DNA from: Candidatus Nanoarchaeia archaeon
Lineage (GTDB): Archaea; Nanobdellota; Nanobdellia; SCGC-AAA011-G17; GW2011-AR18
Length of the DNA: 64,000 nucleotides
Direction: 5' to 3'
Assembly: GCA_035289605.1 (NCBI GenBank)
Contig: DATDWR010000017.1
Location: forward strand, 29,981-93,980
Part shown: positions 29,342-38,083 of the stretch, piece by piece
Numbering within the stretch: the stretch's first letter is position 1
Layout of the letters: the number at the start of each line of letters is the position of its first letter
Notes under the pieces: model-generated
Told to the model about the DNA's origin: nothing
Database searches by the model: none
The model's input: only the letters and a program-made list of their open reading frames with translations
Made by a program: the position numbers and the translations under genes

Positions 29342-31170
29342 TGAAGAAAAATGTTATTATGATATTAGTTGATGGAGCAAGAGTAGACTATTTGAAAAAA
29401 TATCCTAATTTTTCTAAGATTTCTAATAGAGGAACTTTTTTATCAAATGGCTGCACATATGCACCTTACACTATAGCTTCACTTCATGCAATATTCAGCG
29501 GAGTATACGGAAATAAAAGCGGAACAGATAATTACTACGGAACTTATGATTTTAATAGTGAAGATTATGCTACACTCGCAGAATATTTTAAATATAATGG
29601 ATTTGTAACTTATGGAGACACAATAAACGAACTTGTAGCACCAAAACAAGGATTTGATATATTTACAATACACAATGAATTTGAAGACAACCTAACAGAG
29701 AGGCATCAAGCTATAATAAAAGAAGTCAAACAACATTCAGAGAAAAAGAACCAACCTTTCTTCTTATACTTACACTACAGCAACATACATACAGGAATAA
29801 AATTAAATGTCCTAGACAAATACAATAACTTTAGCCAAGAATATTTCGGAAAAACTGAAGAAAATAAAAAAGATTATGAAATTTATTTCAGCAAATCAGA
29901 TGAATATATAGGCGAAATAATTAATTTTATAGAAAATCAAAAATTAATTGATGATTCCATAGTATTCATTACAAATGATCATGGCATAAGCACAGGGGAA
30001 AAGATAGGTGAAAGAGCATATGGAGTTTTCTGCTATGAATATACAATAAAAACATTTTTAATATGTTTAGGAGAAATCTTCCCCAAAAAAGAAATAAAAA
30101 ATCTATTCAGAACAATTGATATAACCCCCACAATAATTAATATAATGGAATTTAAACCTATGTTAGGGTACAAAAAAATGGATGGAAAAAGCCTTCTTCC
30201 ACTTATAAACGGAAAAGATACATCTCAGAGAATTGCATTTATACAATCAGGAAATCCAATGAAGGAAAATAATCCTCCAAAGAAACCAAATGTACACGCA
30301 ATTAAGACTGATGAATGGAAACTAATATTCAATGAAGCTAATGGTAGTTATGAATTATATAAAATAAACGAGGACAAAAACGAAGAGAATAATCTATACA
30401 ATAATCCAAATTATCTAGGTATACAAACAGAATTACAAGGTTTGTTGAATAAACACCTACAACCTAACATCACCCAAATAGATAATTTTCAGCCTACAAA
30501 AGAAAAAAATACTGTAAATATAGAAAGAAGCTTAACTGAATTAGGATACTGGAACAATGCATATTCTAAAATAAATTATTTTGGATCCGGACCTACAAAG
30601 CTCGCTTATCAAGCAGCAGATTATTTAGTAAATGAAGATATCAGAAAAATCCTAGATCTTGGAGCAGGCCAAGGAAGAGACAGTTTATACTTTTCTCAAA
30701 TGGGTTATGATGTAACAGCCATAGACTTTTCAAGGAATGCAATAAAGTCCATACAAGAAATTATATCACACCATAAAACAAATGTAAAACCTATTTTATA
30801 TGACATAACGAAGCGACTACCATTTAATGATCTATATTTTGACTGCGTCTATTCTAATCTAACTTTTCAATTCCTAAATAAGCAACAGATGAATAGTACA
30901 ATAAGTGACGTGCATAGAGTTTTAAGGCCGGGAGGATTATTCATAGCCTCAATAAAAAATCATAAAGATAAGTACTTTATTATTGGTAATAAGATAAATA
31001 ATAGTTCTACAGAATCAAATGGGATACTAAGATATTTTTTAGATGAGAAGGAAACAAAGGAACTAATAAAAAACTTTGAAATTATAGATTTTTACGAAGA
31101 GAAACACATAAATCTTGACAAAAGCAAAAGCTGTTATTGGGTAATTGTAGCAAGGAAAAAAACTAAATAA
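29338..31170 (+). CDS. Fusion protein: sulfatase-like AP-superfamily domain plus C-terminal class I SAM methyltransferase
   Basis: N-terminal 'MILVDGARVDY' and 'ITNDHGIS'. C-terminal 'ILDLGAGQGRDSLYF', 'FDCVYSNLTFQF' and 'LRPGGLFIA'. Confidence 0.75.
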   Translation: MMKKNVIMILVDGARVDYLKKYPNFSKISNRGTFLSNGCTYAPYTIASLHAIFSGVYGNKSGTDNYYGTYDFNSEDYATLAEYFKYNGFVTYGDTINELVAPKQGFDIFTIHNEFEDNLTERHQAIIKEVKQHSEKKNQPFFLYLHYSNIHTGIKLNVLDKYNNFSQEYFGKTEENKKDYEIYFSKSDEYIGEIINFIENQKLIDDSIVFITNDHGISTGEKIGERAYGVFCYEYTIKTFLICLGEIFPKKEIKNLFRTIDITPTIINIMEFKPMLGYKKMDGKSLLPLINGKDTSQRIAFIQSGNPMKENNPPKKPNVHAIKTDEWKLIFNEANGSYELYKINEDKNEENNLYNNPNYLGIQTELQGLLNKHLQPNITQIDNFQPTKEKNTVNIERSLTELGYWNNAYSKINYFGSGPTKLAYQAADYLVNEDIRKILDLGAGQGRDSLYFSQMGYDVTAIDFSRNAIKSIQEIISHHKTNVKPILYDITKRLPFNDLYFDCVYSNLTFQFLNKQQMNSTISDVHRVLRPGGLFIASIKNHKDKYFIIGNKINNSSTESNGILRYFLDEKETKELIKNFEIIDFYEEKHINLDKSKSCYWVIVARKKTK

Positions 31171-32677
31171 ACCTTCTAATTATCCTACTAAATATCTTAA
31201 TCTTCAACTTATTTTCTACGGTCTCTATCATCTTCAAATCTGTCTGGTCAGGAACCTTAAACAGAAGCAGCAAAAAGAAATAAACTGCAGAGAACACAAA
31301 AGAAGACACTACAAAAGAAATTAATGAGGCAGATATAGTTCCAGAAAAGTAAAGTATTAAACTGGCGAGCAATACAGCAAGAAGAGACTTGAAGAATCCC
31401 TTGTTATATGGATTAACAGGAATATAAGCATAAACACAAACCCAGCTCACAATCTTAAGAATTAACAATGAAAGCATAGTACCTATAGCAGCACCAACAA
31501 TTCCATACTTAGGAATCAACAAATAATTAAACACTATATTAGAAACAAGGCCAACAAGCCAAGTCAGCAGATTAAGCTTGGTTTTCCCTATAATATTAAT
31601 CATCTGCCCTGTAGGGCCTAGAAGAACACTGAAGAAATAACCTATAGTCAACAAAACGAACGAAAATGAACCAGCAACATAAACATCTCCAAATAGTAGC
31701 CTTATAATCTGCGAAGGAAAGAAAAAGAAAACCACAACCATAGGAACTGTAAGGTAAAAATTCCAGGCCGTCACCCTGTTAAATATATCTCGAATTTCAC
31801 TAGTTTTGTGATCGTGCAAGAGCCCTGAAAGAACAGAAATCAACAAGCCATTAAATGCAAACGCAAATGTAGGAATAAGATTTGCCAATGAAGCAGCAGC
31901 ATTGTATATACCAACCTCAACCTCTGTCTTGAAGTAACCAAGCATTACAGTATCAACCCATTTTGTAAGGATAAAAAAAGCACTAGCAAAAAGAAGAGGA
32001 AGAGAAAATGAAAACAGAGCAGGCTCCAACTTATACCTAAATAACTTATCAAGAACTTTTTTCCTTCTAAGCATAATAAATATTGAAAACACAGAAAGAA
32101 CAACAGCAAACAAATGAGCAAGGCTCGCACCAAAAACACCGAAACCAAACAAAACCAAAACAACTGTAATAGCTAATTTAAATACGCCCTCGCCAATATC
32201 CCTAAAATAAAACTGGTAATCAATTCTTTTAATACCTCTACAAACAGCAAACAATATTTCAGAAACAGCATAGAACGGAATAATTAACGCGTAAACTTGA
32301 ATTATTCTTGAAAGAGATGAATTCTTAAAAAATGATAAAGCAATGTAATCTGAGAAAAAGAAAACTAAAAATGAAAGCATCAAAGAAAATGGAATAACAA
32401 TATAAAAAGCCGTGTTTACTATGCTGTTGACTTTCTCCTTATTATTAAAATAACCAACAAAACGCTCAACACCCTGCTCAAAGCCCAAAAGAGAAATAAA
32501 ACCAACAATGCCAAGAACAGACTGGCCTATGCTCAACATACCAAACTGCTCAGGACCAAGACCCCTTGCAACAATTATCTTGTAGATATAATTAATAAAT
32601 TTAGAAAAGAACATACCTAGCAAAACAATTCCTGCGCCCTTCACTATCAGCTTCAGAGAAGAATCATTTTCATCCAT
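31163..32677 (-). CDS. Polysaccharide/oligosaccharide flippase (MOP/Wzx-like)
   Basis: About 14 TM helices and 'IVARGLGPEQFGMLSIGQS'. Confidence 0.75.
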   Translation of the reverse strand: MDENDSSLKLIVKGAGIVLLGMFFSKFINYIYKIIVARGLGPEQFGMLSIGQSVLGIVGFISLLGFEQGVERFVGYFNNKEKVNSIVNTAFYIVIPFSLMLSFLVFFFSDYIALSFFKNSSLSRIIQVYALIIPFYAVSEILFAVCRGIKRIDYQFYFRDIGEGVFKLAITVVLVLFGFGVFGASLAHLFAVVLSVFSIFIMLRRKKVLDKLFRYKLEPALFSFSLPLLFASAFFILTKWVDTVMLGYFKTEVEVGIYNAAASLANLIPTFAFAFNGLLISVLSGLLHDHKTSEIRDIFNRVTAWNFYLTVPMVVVFFFFPSQIIRLLFGDVYVAGSFSFVLLTIGYFFSVLLGPTGQMINIIGKTKLNLLTWLVGLVSNIVFNYLLIPKYGIVGAAIGTMLSLLILKIVSWVCVYAYIPVNPYNKGFFKSLLAVLLASLILYFSGTISASLISFVVSSFVFSAVYFFLLLLFKVPDQTDLKMIETVENKLKIKIFSRIIRRFI

Positions 32678-32678
32678 A

Positions 32679-33839
32679 TTAAACTCCGATGTATTTGCTC
32701 CATCCCCCAGAAACAGAAATATTGTAATAATAATTTAAGACTATTGCCCATCCTACAACAATTAATAAAATCAAGACATATTTCAAAAACTTGTTTCTAA
32801 AGTCAAGACCTTCTGCCACAAAAAAAACATAAAATGGAACAAGAAAACTTAAGTACCTGAAATAATACAAAGTTGTTCTTCCGCTGCTTAAAAGTGCTAT
32901 AAACGGATTAATTACTAGAGGAAAAATAAATATGCTAAAAAATATTATAGAAACAAAAATGGCTTTATCTTTGTCTTTTCTGTAAAAATTATAAATACCA
33001 TACAACATCAGCAAGCTCAAAATTCCAGCAAGCACAAACAAGTACTGCATATCATTAAGAGCTGAAATATTTATCATAGAAGCGAACTTGAAAAACGGAT
33101 AGGGGACTTCATGAAGCTTTAATGACTCAAGAGCAAAATGACCGGGCTGAACAATAGTATAATTAAACTGCTTAAGGAAACGAGGAAGGTAAAGCAAGGC
33201 AAAAAACGCAACCACTAAAAGCCCATAAAAATATCTTTTAATATCAATATTTTTATTCTTAAACCAAAAGAATAATACAGCCAAGAAATGAGCCCCGATA
33301 ATAAACACAGAATAGAAATGTGTGTAGAATGAGGCAATATATAAAGGAGCTAAGAGATAAATCATTTTTTTATTATTCTCAAAAATAAACCTATACAAAG
33401 CCCAAGTTGCCAAAACATAAATCAGCGAAAGCAAGATATAAAACCTAAGCTGAGAAGAATATATTACATGCATCGGGTTCAAGGCAAGAAGAAAAGACGA
33501 AAGAAGCGCAATTTTCTTATCGGATAATTTCAAGGCTAAAAAATAAAACACAATAATTCCAATAATCCCTATGAGAATACTTACAATCCTGGCAAAATAA
33601 ACAGAATCATAAATATTTAAGAGAACACCTATAAACAAATAATAACCAGGAGGATGAACATCCTTTGATAGGATAGAATCAAAATCTCCCTTAATCAAAA
33701 CTTTAGAATAATTCACGCTAAAGTCTTCGTCAGTGCCAAACTCCTTGTCATCTAGATTATAGACTCTAAGGAAAACAGCCAAGACTAATATTATTATAAG
33801 CATCCAGTTTGAAGCAACAAACTTTGTAAATTTGTTCAT
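32679..33839 (-). CDS. GT-C-like polytopic membrane protein (ArnT/PMT_2-like)
   Basis: About 11 TM helices. The first loop has the acidic 'EFGTDEDFS'. 1-nt gap to the flippase gene. Confidence 0.5.
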   Translation of the reverse strand: MNKFTKFVASNWMLIIILVLAVFLRVYNLDDKEFGTDEDFSVNYSKVLIKGDFDSILSKDVHPPGYYLFIGVLLNIYDSVYFARIVSILIGIIGIIVFYFLALKLSDKKIALLSSFLLALNPMHVIYSSQLRFYILLSLIYVLATWALYRFIFENNKKMIYLLAPLYIASFYTHFYSVFIIGAHFLAVLFFWFKNKNIDIKRYFYGLLVVAFFALLYLPRFLKQFNYTIVQPGHFALESLKLHEVPYPFFKFASMINISALNDMQYLFVLAGILSLLMLYGIYNFYRKDKDKAIFVSIIFFSIFIFPLVINPFIALLSSGRTTLYYFRYLSFLVPFYVFFVAEGLDFRNKFLKYVLILLIVVGWAIVLNYYYNISVSGGWSKYIGV

Positions 33840-33927
33840 ATCGGACTTAAATAGAAGGTCCTTTTAAAAGTTACTCTTCAGCCAACATGTTAGAAACTTT
33901 TATAATTCACACACAATCATTTAGAAT

Positions 33928-34653
33928 ATGGATATAGAATATTCAATAATAATACCTGCATACAATGAAGAAAAAATAATATCCAACACGATAGAAGAGA
34001 CTACAAATTTTCTTAAGAAGACAAACAAGAGCTTTGAGCTTATTATATCAAATGACGGATCAAAAGACAGAACTGCAGAGATTGTAAAAAATAAACAAAA
34101 AAATTACAAAGAACTAAAACTTTGCGACAACCAAAAAAACGAAGGAAAGGGCTCAGCACTTACAAATGCATTCAAAATGGCAAAGGGAAGATACATACTA
34201 TTCATAGATGCAGATTTAGCCATAGACATAAACCTATTTCCCAAACTAATAGAACCTCTAAAAAAAAATACAGCAGACATTGCAATAGCATCAAAACATG
34301 TGAAAGGAGCAAGTGTGGAATACTCATTAATTAGAAGTATCACAAGCAGAACATACTCAGCACTTGCGAGAATAATTTTAGGGCTAAAAATAAAAGATTG
34401 CCAGTGCGGATTCAAGGCATTTAGAAAAGAGACAATCAAAAAAATACTTCCAGATATGAAAAACAAAGGATGGGGGTGGGACACTGAAGTTCTTGCAAAA
34501 GCATCGTGGAAAGGCTACAAGATAATTGAGGTGCCTGCAAAGGTTGTCAATATACCTGGAAGGGAAAGCAAAGTAAGCATAATAAAAACAGTAAAAAGCA
34601 TGCTGAAAGAACTTATAGAGCTACAAAAAGAAAAGAAAAAATACGCTAACTAA
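33928..34653 (+). CDS. Family 2 glycosyltransferase (dolichyl-phosphate sugar synthase-like)
   Basis: 'YSIIIPAYNEEKII', 'ISNDGSKD', 'IDADL' and 'QCGFKAF'. Confidence 0.85.
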   Translation: MDIEYSIIIPAYNEEKIISNTIEETTNFLKKTNKSFELIISNDGSKDRTAEIVKNKQKNYKELKLCDNQKNEGKGSALTNAFKMAKGRYILFIDADLAIDINLFPKLIEPLKKNTADIAIASKHVKGASVEYSLIRSITSRTYSALARIILGLKIKDCQCGFKAFRKETIKKILPDMKNKGWGWDTEVLAKASWKGYKIIEVPAKVVNIPGRESKVSIIKTVKSMLKELIELQKEKKKYAN

Positions 34654-34835
34654 GAACAATCCTTCTGATCCTCAACCTTGCAGTCATCACCAACACAAAC
34701 CTCAACTCCATCACACACAGAAGTAACTGCCTCATCTTTTTCTACAACTGTAGCGCCAGTCCTGCCAACATCTTTAGAACAGCCTGCAACTGCAAGCAGT
34801 ATCAATACAATTATTAGTACGGCAACAAGTTTCAT
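34650..34835 (-). CDS. Small secreted Cys-containing lipoprotein
   Basis: 'LILLAVAGCSKD' is a signal plus lipobox-like Cys. 61 aa. Confidence 0.4.
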   Translation of the reverse strand: MKLVAVLIIVLILLAVAGCSKDVGRTGATVVEKDEAVTSVCDGVEVCVGDDCKVEDQKDCS

Positions 34836-34921
34836 ATCATACCCTAAATATCAGGATTTAATAAATATTTCTATAGCTTCAGATATTATCAGTAAGCTTT
34901 AAATAATGCGCCAATTTAGCA

Positions 34922-35527
34922 ATGATAATGGCAGAAATAAAGCTATTCAACAAATGGAGCACAGAAAACATAAAAGTAAATGACCCTGGACTAAGAAAAT
35001 ACATTGCACTACCTAATTTTATCATACCAAGAACATTTGGTAGGAATACTGAAGCAAGATTTGGAAAAAGCAAAAGCCACATAGTTGAAAGGCTGATGGG
35101 CAAAATAATAGCAACAGGACACAAGGGAAAAAAACACTTCAGAACATCAGGAACATTCACAGGAAAAGGAACACATGCATACAACATAGTACTAAAATCA
35201 CTAGAATTAGTAGAAAAAGAGACAAAAGAAAATCCTGTAGCAGTACTCATAAAGGCAGTAGAAAATGCAGCACCAAGAGAAGAAATAACCACAATAGAAT
35301 ATGGGGGAGCAAGGTATTCTCAAGCTGTAGACTGCAGCCCGCAGAGAAGAGTAGATATAGCACTAAGGCAAATAACACAAGGAGCATACTCAAAAAGTTT
35401 TAACAAAAAAAAACAGATATACGAAGCACTAGCAGACGAAATAGTAAAGTCATACAAAACAGACCAGGGAAGCCAGGCAATATCAAAAAAATTAGAAATA
35501 GAAAGACAAGCAGACTCTTCCAGATAA
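34922..35527 (+). CDS. rps7: 30S ribosomal protein uS7 (archaeal type)
   Basis: 'KLFNKWSTENIKVNDPGLRKYI', 'ERLMGKI' and 'AVENAAPREEITTIEYGGARY' are characteristic of archaeal/eukaryal S7/S5. Confidence 0.9.
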   Translation: MIMAEIKLFNKWSTENIKVNDPGLRKYIALPNFIIPRTFGRNTEARFGKSKSHIVERLMGKIIATGHKGKKHFRTSGTFTGKGTHAYNIVLKSLELVEKETKENPVAVLIKAVENAAPREEITTIEYGGARYSQAVDCSPQRRVDIALRQITQGAYSKSFNKKKQIYEALADEIVKSYKTDQGSQAISKKLEIERQADSSR

Positions 35528-35588
35528 TCATTAGGTCAATTTACAATAGCATCAACCGAAGAATGAAGAGAATCTAACTTGAGAAAGA

Positions 35589-35598
35589 TTTATAAATA
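35589..35598 (+). promoter_or_regulatory. TATA-box-like element upstream of the surface-protein locus
   Basis: 'TTTATAAATA' starts 42 nt upstream of ATG 35631, with a GGTG Shine-Dalgarno-like motif in between. Confidence 0.4.
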
Positions 35599-35630
35599 GG
35601 TTCACTACATTTTAGTTTGGTGTAAAGTTG

Positions 35631-36332
35631 ATGCAAAAAAAAGGGTTTGTAACTATCTTAACATTGTTTGTTTTATTCTTAGTTTTAGGATTACTTATCG
35701 GATATTTCTTTACAAGTGATAGTGGTATAGGAAAAATCACAGGCGCAGCAACATCAACTGTAGGAAATTTCACTGCAAATGTTGTGTCAGGAATAGCATG
35801 CACATGGAGCAATGCAGCACTTAATGTAAGCTTTGGAGGAGGTCTTGCACAGTCGTTGACACAAGGAGCAGTATATAATGCTTCCAAAAACTATGAAGGG
35901 TATATAGGCGGTGGATTACAAATATTGGGACATAACTGGACACTTTACAATGTAACAGCTGACTCTACAAACACAGACAGCGTAAACATAACAATGTCAG
36001 GAAGGCATTTACAATCAGGAGCAAACATACTAGGAATAACAAATGTAACATGGATGTCAAACCAGACAAACGGAAATGCATCAGTAGCTTCAGGGTCACA
36101 AGAAGGACATAACTTTACATATAGAGGGAACACAACATTATTTGAAGGATTCAACTTAACATTAGTAGCAGACAGTGATCCTAAACTAATATTAAGATTA
36201 AGAAACTTCTCAAATCAACTAACAGCAGGAAGCACAGTATGGTACAGATTCTGGCTGATGGTTCCAGGAAGCCAAGTACAAGCAACATATGCTGGGAATT
36301 ATACTCAAACATGCACAGCAGCATTAACATAA
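35631..36332 (+). CDS. Exported, sequon-rich beta-strand protein A1 (pilin-like candidate)
   Basis: N-terminal 'KKGFVTILTLFVLFLVLGLLIG' hydrophobic segment and 14 N-x-S/T sequons. Paralogous to 37526..38083, sharing 'GNFTANV[VI]S..ACT', 'NV[TS]W.SN.T', 'VW.R.WL..P' and 'GNYT..C'. Confidence 0.6.
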   Translation: MQKKGFVTILTLFVLFLVLGLLIGYFFTSDSGIGKITGAATSTVGNFTANVVSGIACTWSNAALNVSFGGGLAQSLTQGAVYNASKNYEGYIGGGLQILGHNWTLYNVTADSTNTDSVNITMSGRHLQSGANILGITNVTWMSNQTNGNASVASGSQEGHNFTYRGNTTLFEGFNLTLVADSDPKLILRLRNFSNQLTAGSTVWYRFWLMVPGSQVQATYAGNYTQTCTAALT

Positions 36333-36335
36333 AAA

Positions 36336-36905
36336 ATGAAAAAAATCGCCATAATAATAATTGGAATGTTTCTTTTTAACTTAGCATTAGCAAGTGCAAG
36401 TATAGGAATAGGCGTTTCACCATCAAAAGTCTTTGACGTCCTAGAAAGTAAAGAAAGAAGAAATTACACTTTTATAATATATAATACAGGCAATATTGAT
36501 GTCAAGGCAAGAATGTCATTAACAGACGACCTTGAAAAATGGGATGTAAAATTCTATCCTGAAGAATTTATATTAAAGCCTGAGCCTGAGCCTCATAGAC
36601 TGCCACCAGTAAACGGCCAGACTGTTGTTGTAAGCCTGAAGGCGCCTGTGAGCAAGCCAAAGAAGTTTACAGGACACGTAGTAGCATCAGCAGGACCATC
36701 AGATGGATCATCTTTTGGAGGATCAGGAGCAGTAGCCTCAAGAATGGAGATAGAAGTATTAGAACCAAAACATTTCTGGGATTACTGGACAAAAAAACAG
36801 ATAATAACAGGAAGCGTTGTAACAACCCTTGTTTTATTGATGCTCATCGGGCTATTTATAATGAAGAAGAAGAGACTCAGGCTTGGATTTGTAAGAAACA
36901 ATTAA
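36336..36905 (+). CDS. Membrane-anchored single beta-sandwich-like protein B1 (chaperone/assembly candidate)
   Basis: Signal peptide, 'IGIGVSPSK', 'YNTGN', 'PEPEPHRLPPVNG' and 'GAVASRMEIEV', then a C-terminal TM with basic tail 'KKKRLRL'. Paralog of 36946..37485. Confidence 0.6.
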   Translation: MKKIAIIIIGMFLFNLALASASIGIGVSPSKVFDVLESKERRNYTFIIYNTGNIDVKARMSLTDDLEKWDVKFYPEEFILKPEPEPHRLPPVNGQTVVVSLKAPVSKPKKFTGHVVASAGPSDGSSFGGSGAVASRMEIEVLEPKHFWDYWTKKQIITGSVVTTLVLLMLIGLFIMKKKRLRLGFVRNN

Positions 36906-36945
36906 GCGAAAAACATAAAAAACAGTTAAATTTCTTCTATTTACA

Positions 36946-37485
36946 ATGAAACTAGCAATTATATTTATCCTACTTTTATTGATTACAAACACAGTACAAG
37001 CAAGCGTAGGAATAGGGATATCGCCAGCAAAGATAACAGACACACTACATAGCAAAGAGGAAAAGGAACATACTTATACAGTCTACAACACAGGGAACTT
37101 GAACATTACTGCAAAATTAGAAGCTGACGGAGAGATAAAAGACTATATAGAATTCTATCCTGAAGAAACAAACCTACTGCCAGAACCTGAACCACATAGA
37201 CTACCACCAGTAAACGGAAAGCAGATCACTATGAAAATAAAGACCCCAAAAACAAAAGAAAATATAACATTAAAAGGAAATGTAATTGCATATGTAAATC
37301 CAGGATTTGGAGGACTTATTACAACAGGAGCAGTTGCATCTAAAGTAGAACTAACAATAATACCAAAAGATGAAGAATTAAAATTAAATAAGAAACATCT
37401 TGTTGGAATACCACTAATAGGGCTTGTAGTCCTTCTAGTTATAATAAATGTGAGGCATCTAAGAAAAAAAATTATTCGAAAGTAA
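36946..37485 (+). CDS. Membrane-anchored single beta-sandwich-like protein B2 (paralog of B1)
   Basis: Same architecture and motifs as B1: 'VGIGISPAK', 'YNTGN', 'PEPEPHRLPPVNG', 'GAVASKVELTI', and a C-terminal TM plus 'RHLRKKIIRK'. Confidence 0.6.
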   Translation: MKLAIIFILLLLITNTVQASVGIGISPAKITDTLHSKEEKEHTYTVYNTGNLNITAKLEADGEIKDYIEFYPEETNLLPEPEPHRLPPVNGKQITMKIKTPKTKENITLKGNVIAYVNPGFGGLITTGAVASKVELTIIPKDEELKLNKKHLVGIPLIGLVVLLVIINVRHLRKKIIRK

Positions 37486-37525
37486 TAAAAACAAATATGT
37501 TTCTAAATAATACAAGAGGTGTTGA

Positions 37526-38083
37526 ATGGGAAGAATTTATCTGTATGCTGCTTTGGCTATAATAACATTAGCAGGTTTTTTAATGGGCCATTTTATAAAA
37601 ATTACAGGATACCAAGTACAAACTGGAAACTTCACTGCAAACGTGATAAGTGCGGTAGCATGCACTTTTAGCTCCCACGCCTTGAACATAACTTTTGGTG
37701 ATGATATTGATCCTGGGAAAGCGTACAATGCAACGCGTAATTTTGTAGACAATTTGAATCATTCATGGCACAATATTACAATAGATTCTACAAGCACTGT
37801 TAATGCAAACCTATCTCTCAAGGGGAACGACTTTATTTCTGGAGGAAATGTTATTGGCATAGGCAATGTATCATGGGGTAGCAATACTACACACCAGAAT
37901 GGAACTAATATGGTATATCCTGGAACTGCTAACATAAGCACGAGCTATGACGCAACGAACCTAATAGCTTCAAACGAGGAGCCTGGCAGTCCTGTGTGGC
38001 ACAGGATGTGGCTCAATATTCCTTCAGGAACAACGGCAGGACAGTATAAGGGAAATTATACAATCAGGTGTGTAGAAGCATGA
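37526..38083 (+). CDS. Exported, sequon-rich beta-strand protein A2 (paralog of A1)
   Basis: GAGGTG Shine-Dalgarno-like motif 4-5 nt upstream. N-terminal TM, 11 N-x-S/T sequons, and shared motifs with A1. ATGA overlap with the next gene. Confidence 0.6.
   Translation: MGRIYLYAALAIITLAGFLMGHFIKITGYQVQTGNFTANVISAVACTFSSHALNITFGDDIDPGKAYNATRNFVDNLNHSWHNITIDSTSTVNANLSLKGNDFISGGNVIGIGNVSWGSNTTHQNGTNMVYPGTANISTSYDATNLIASNEEPGSPVWHRMWLNIPSGTTAGQYKGNYTIRCVEA

Noticed and set aside
34879-35292. 137-aa minus-strand ORF overlapping rps7
   Set aside because: It is antisense shadow of a highly conserved ribosomal protein gene.
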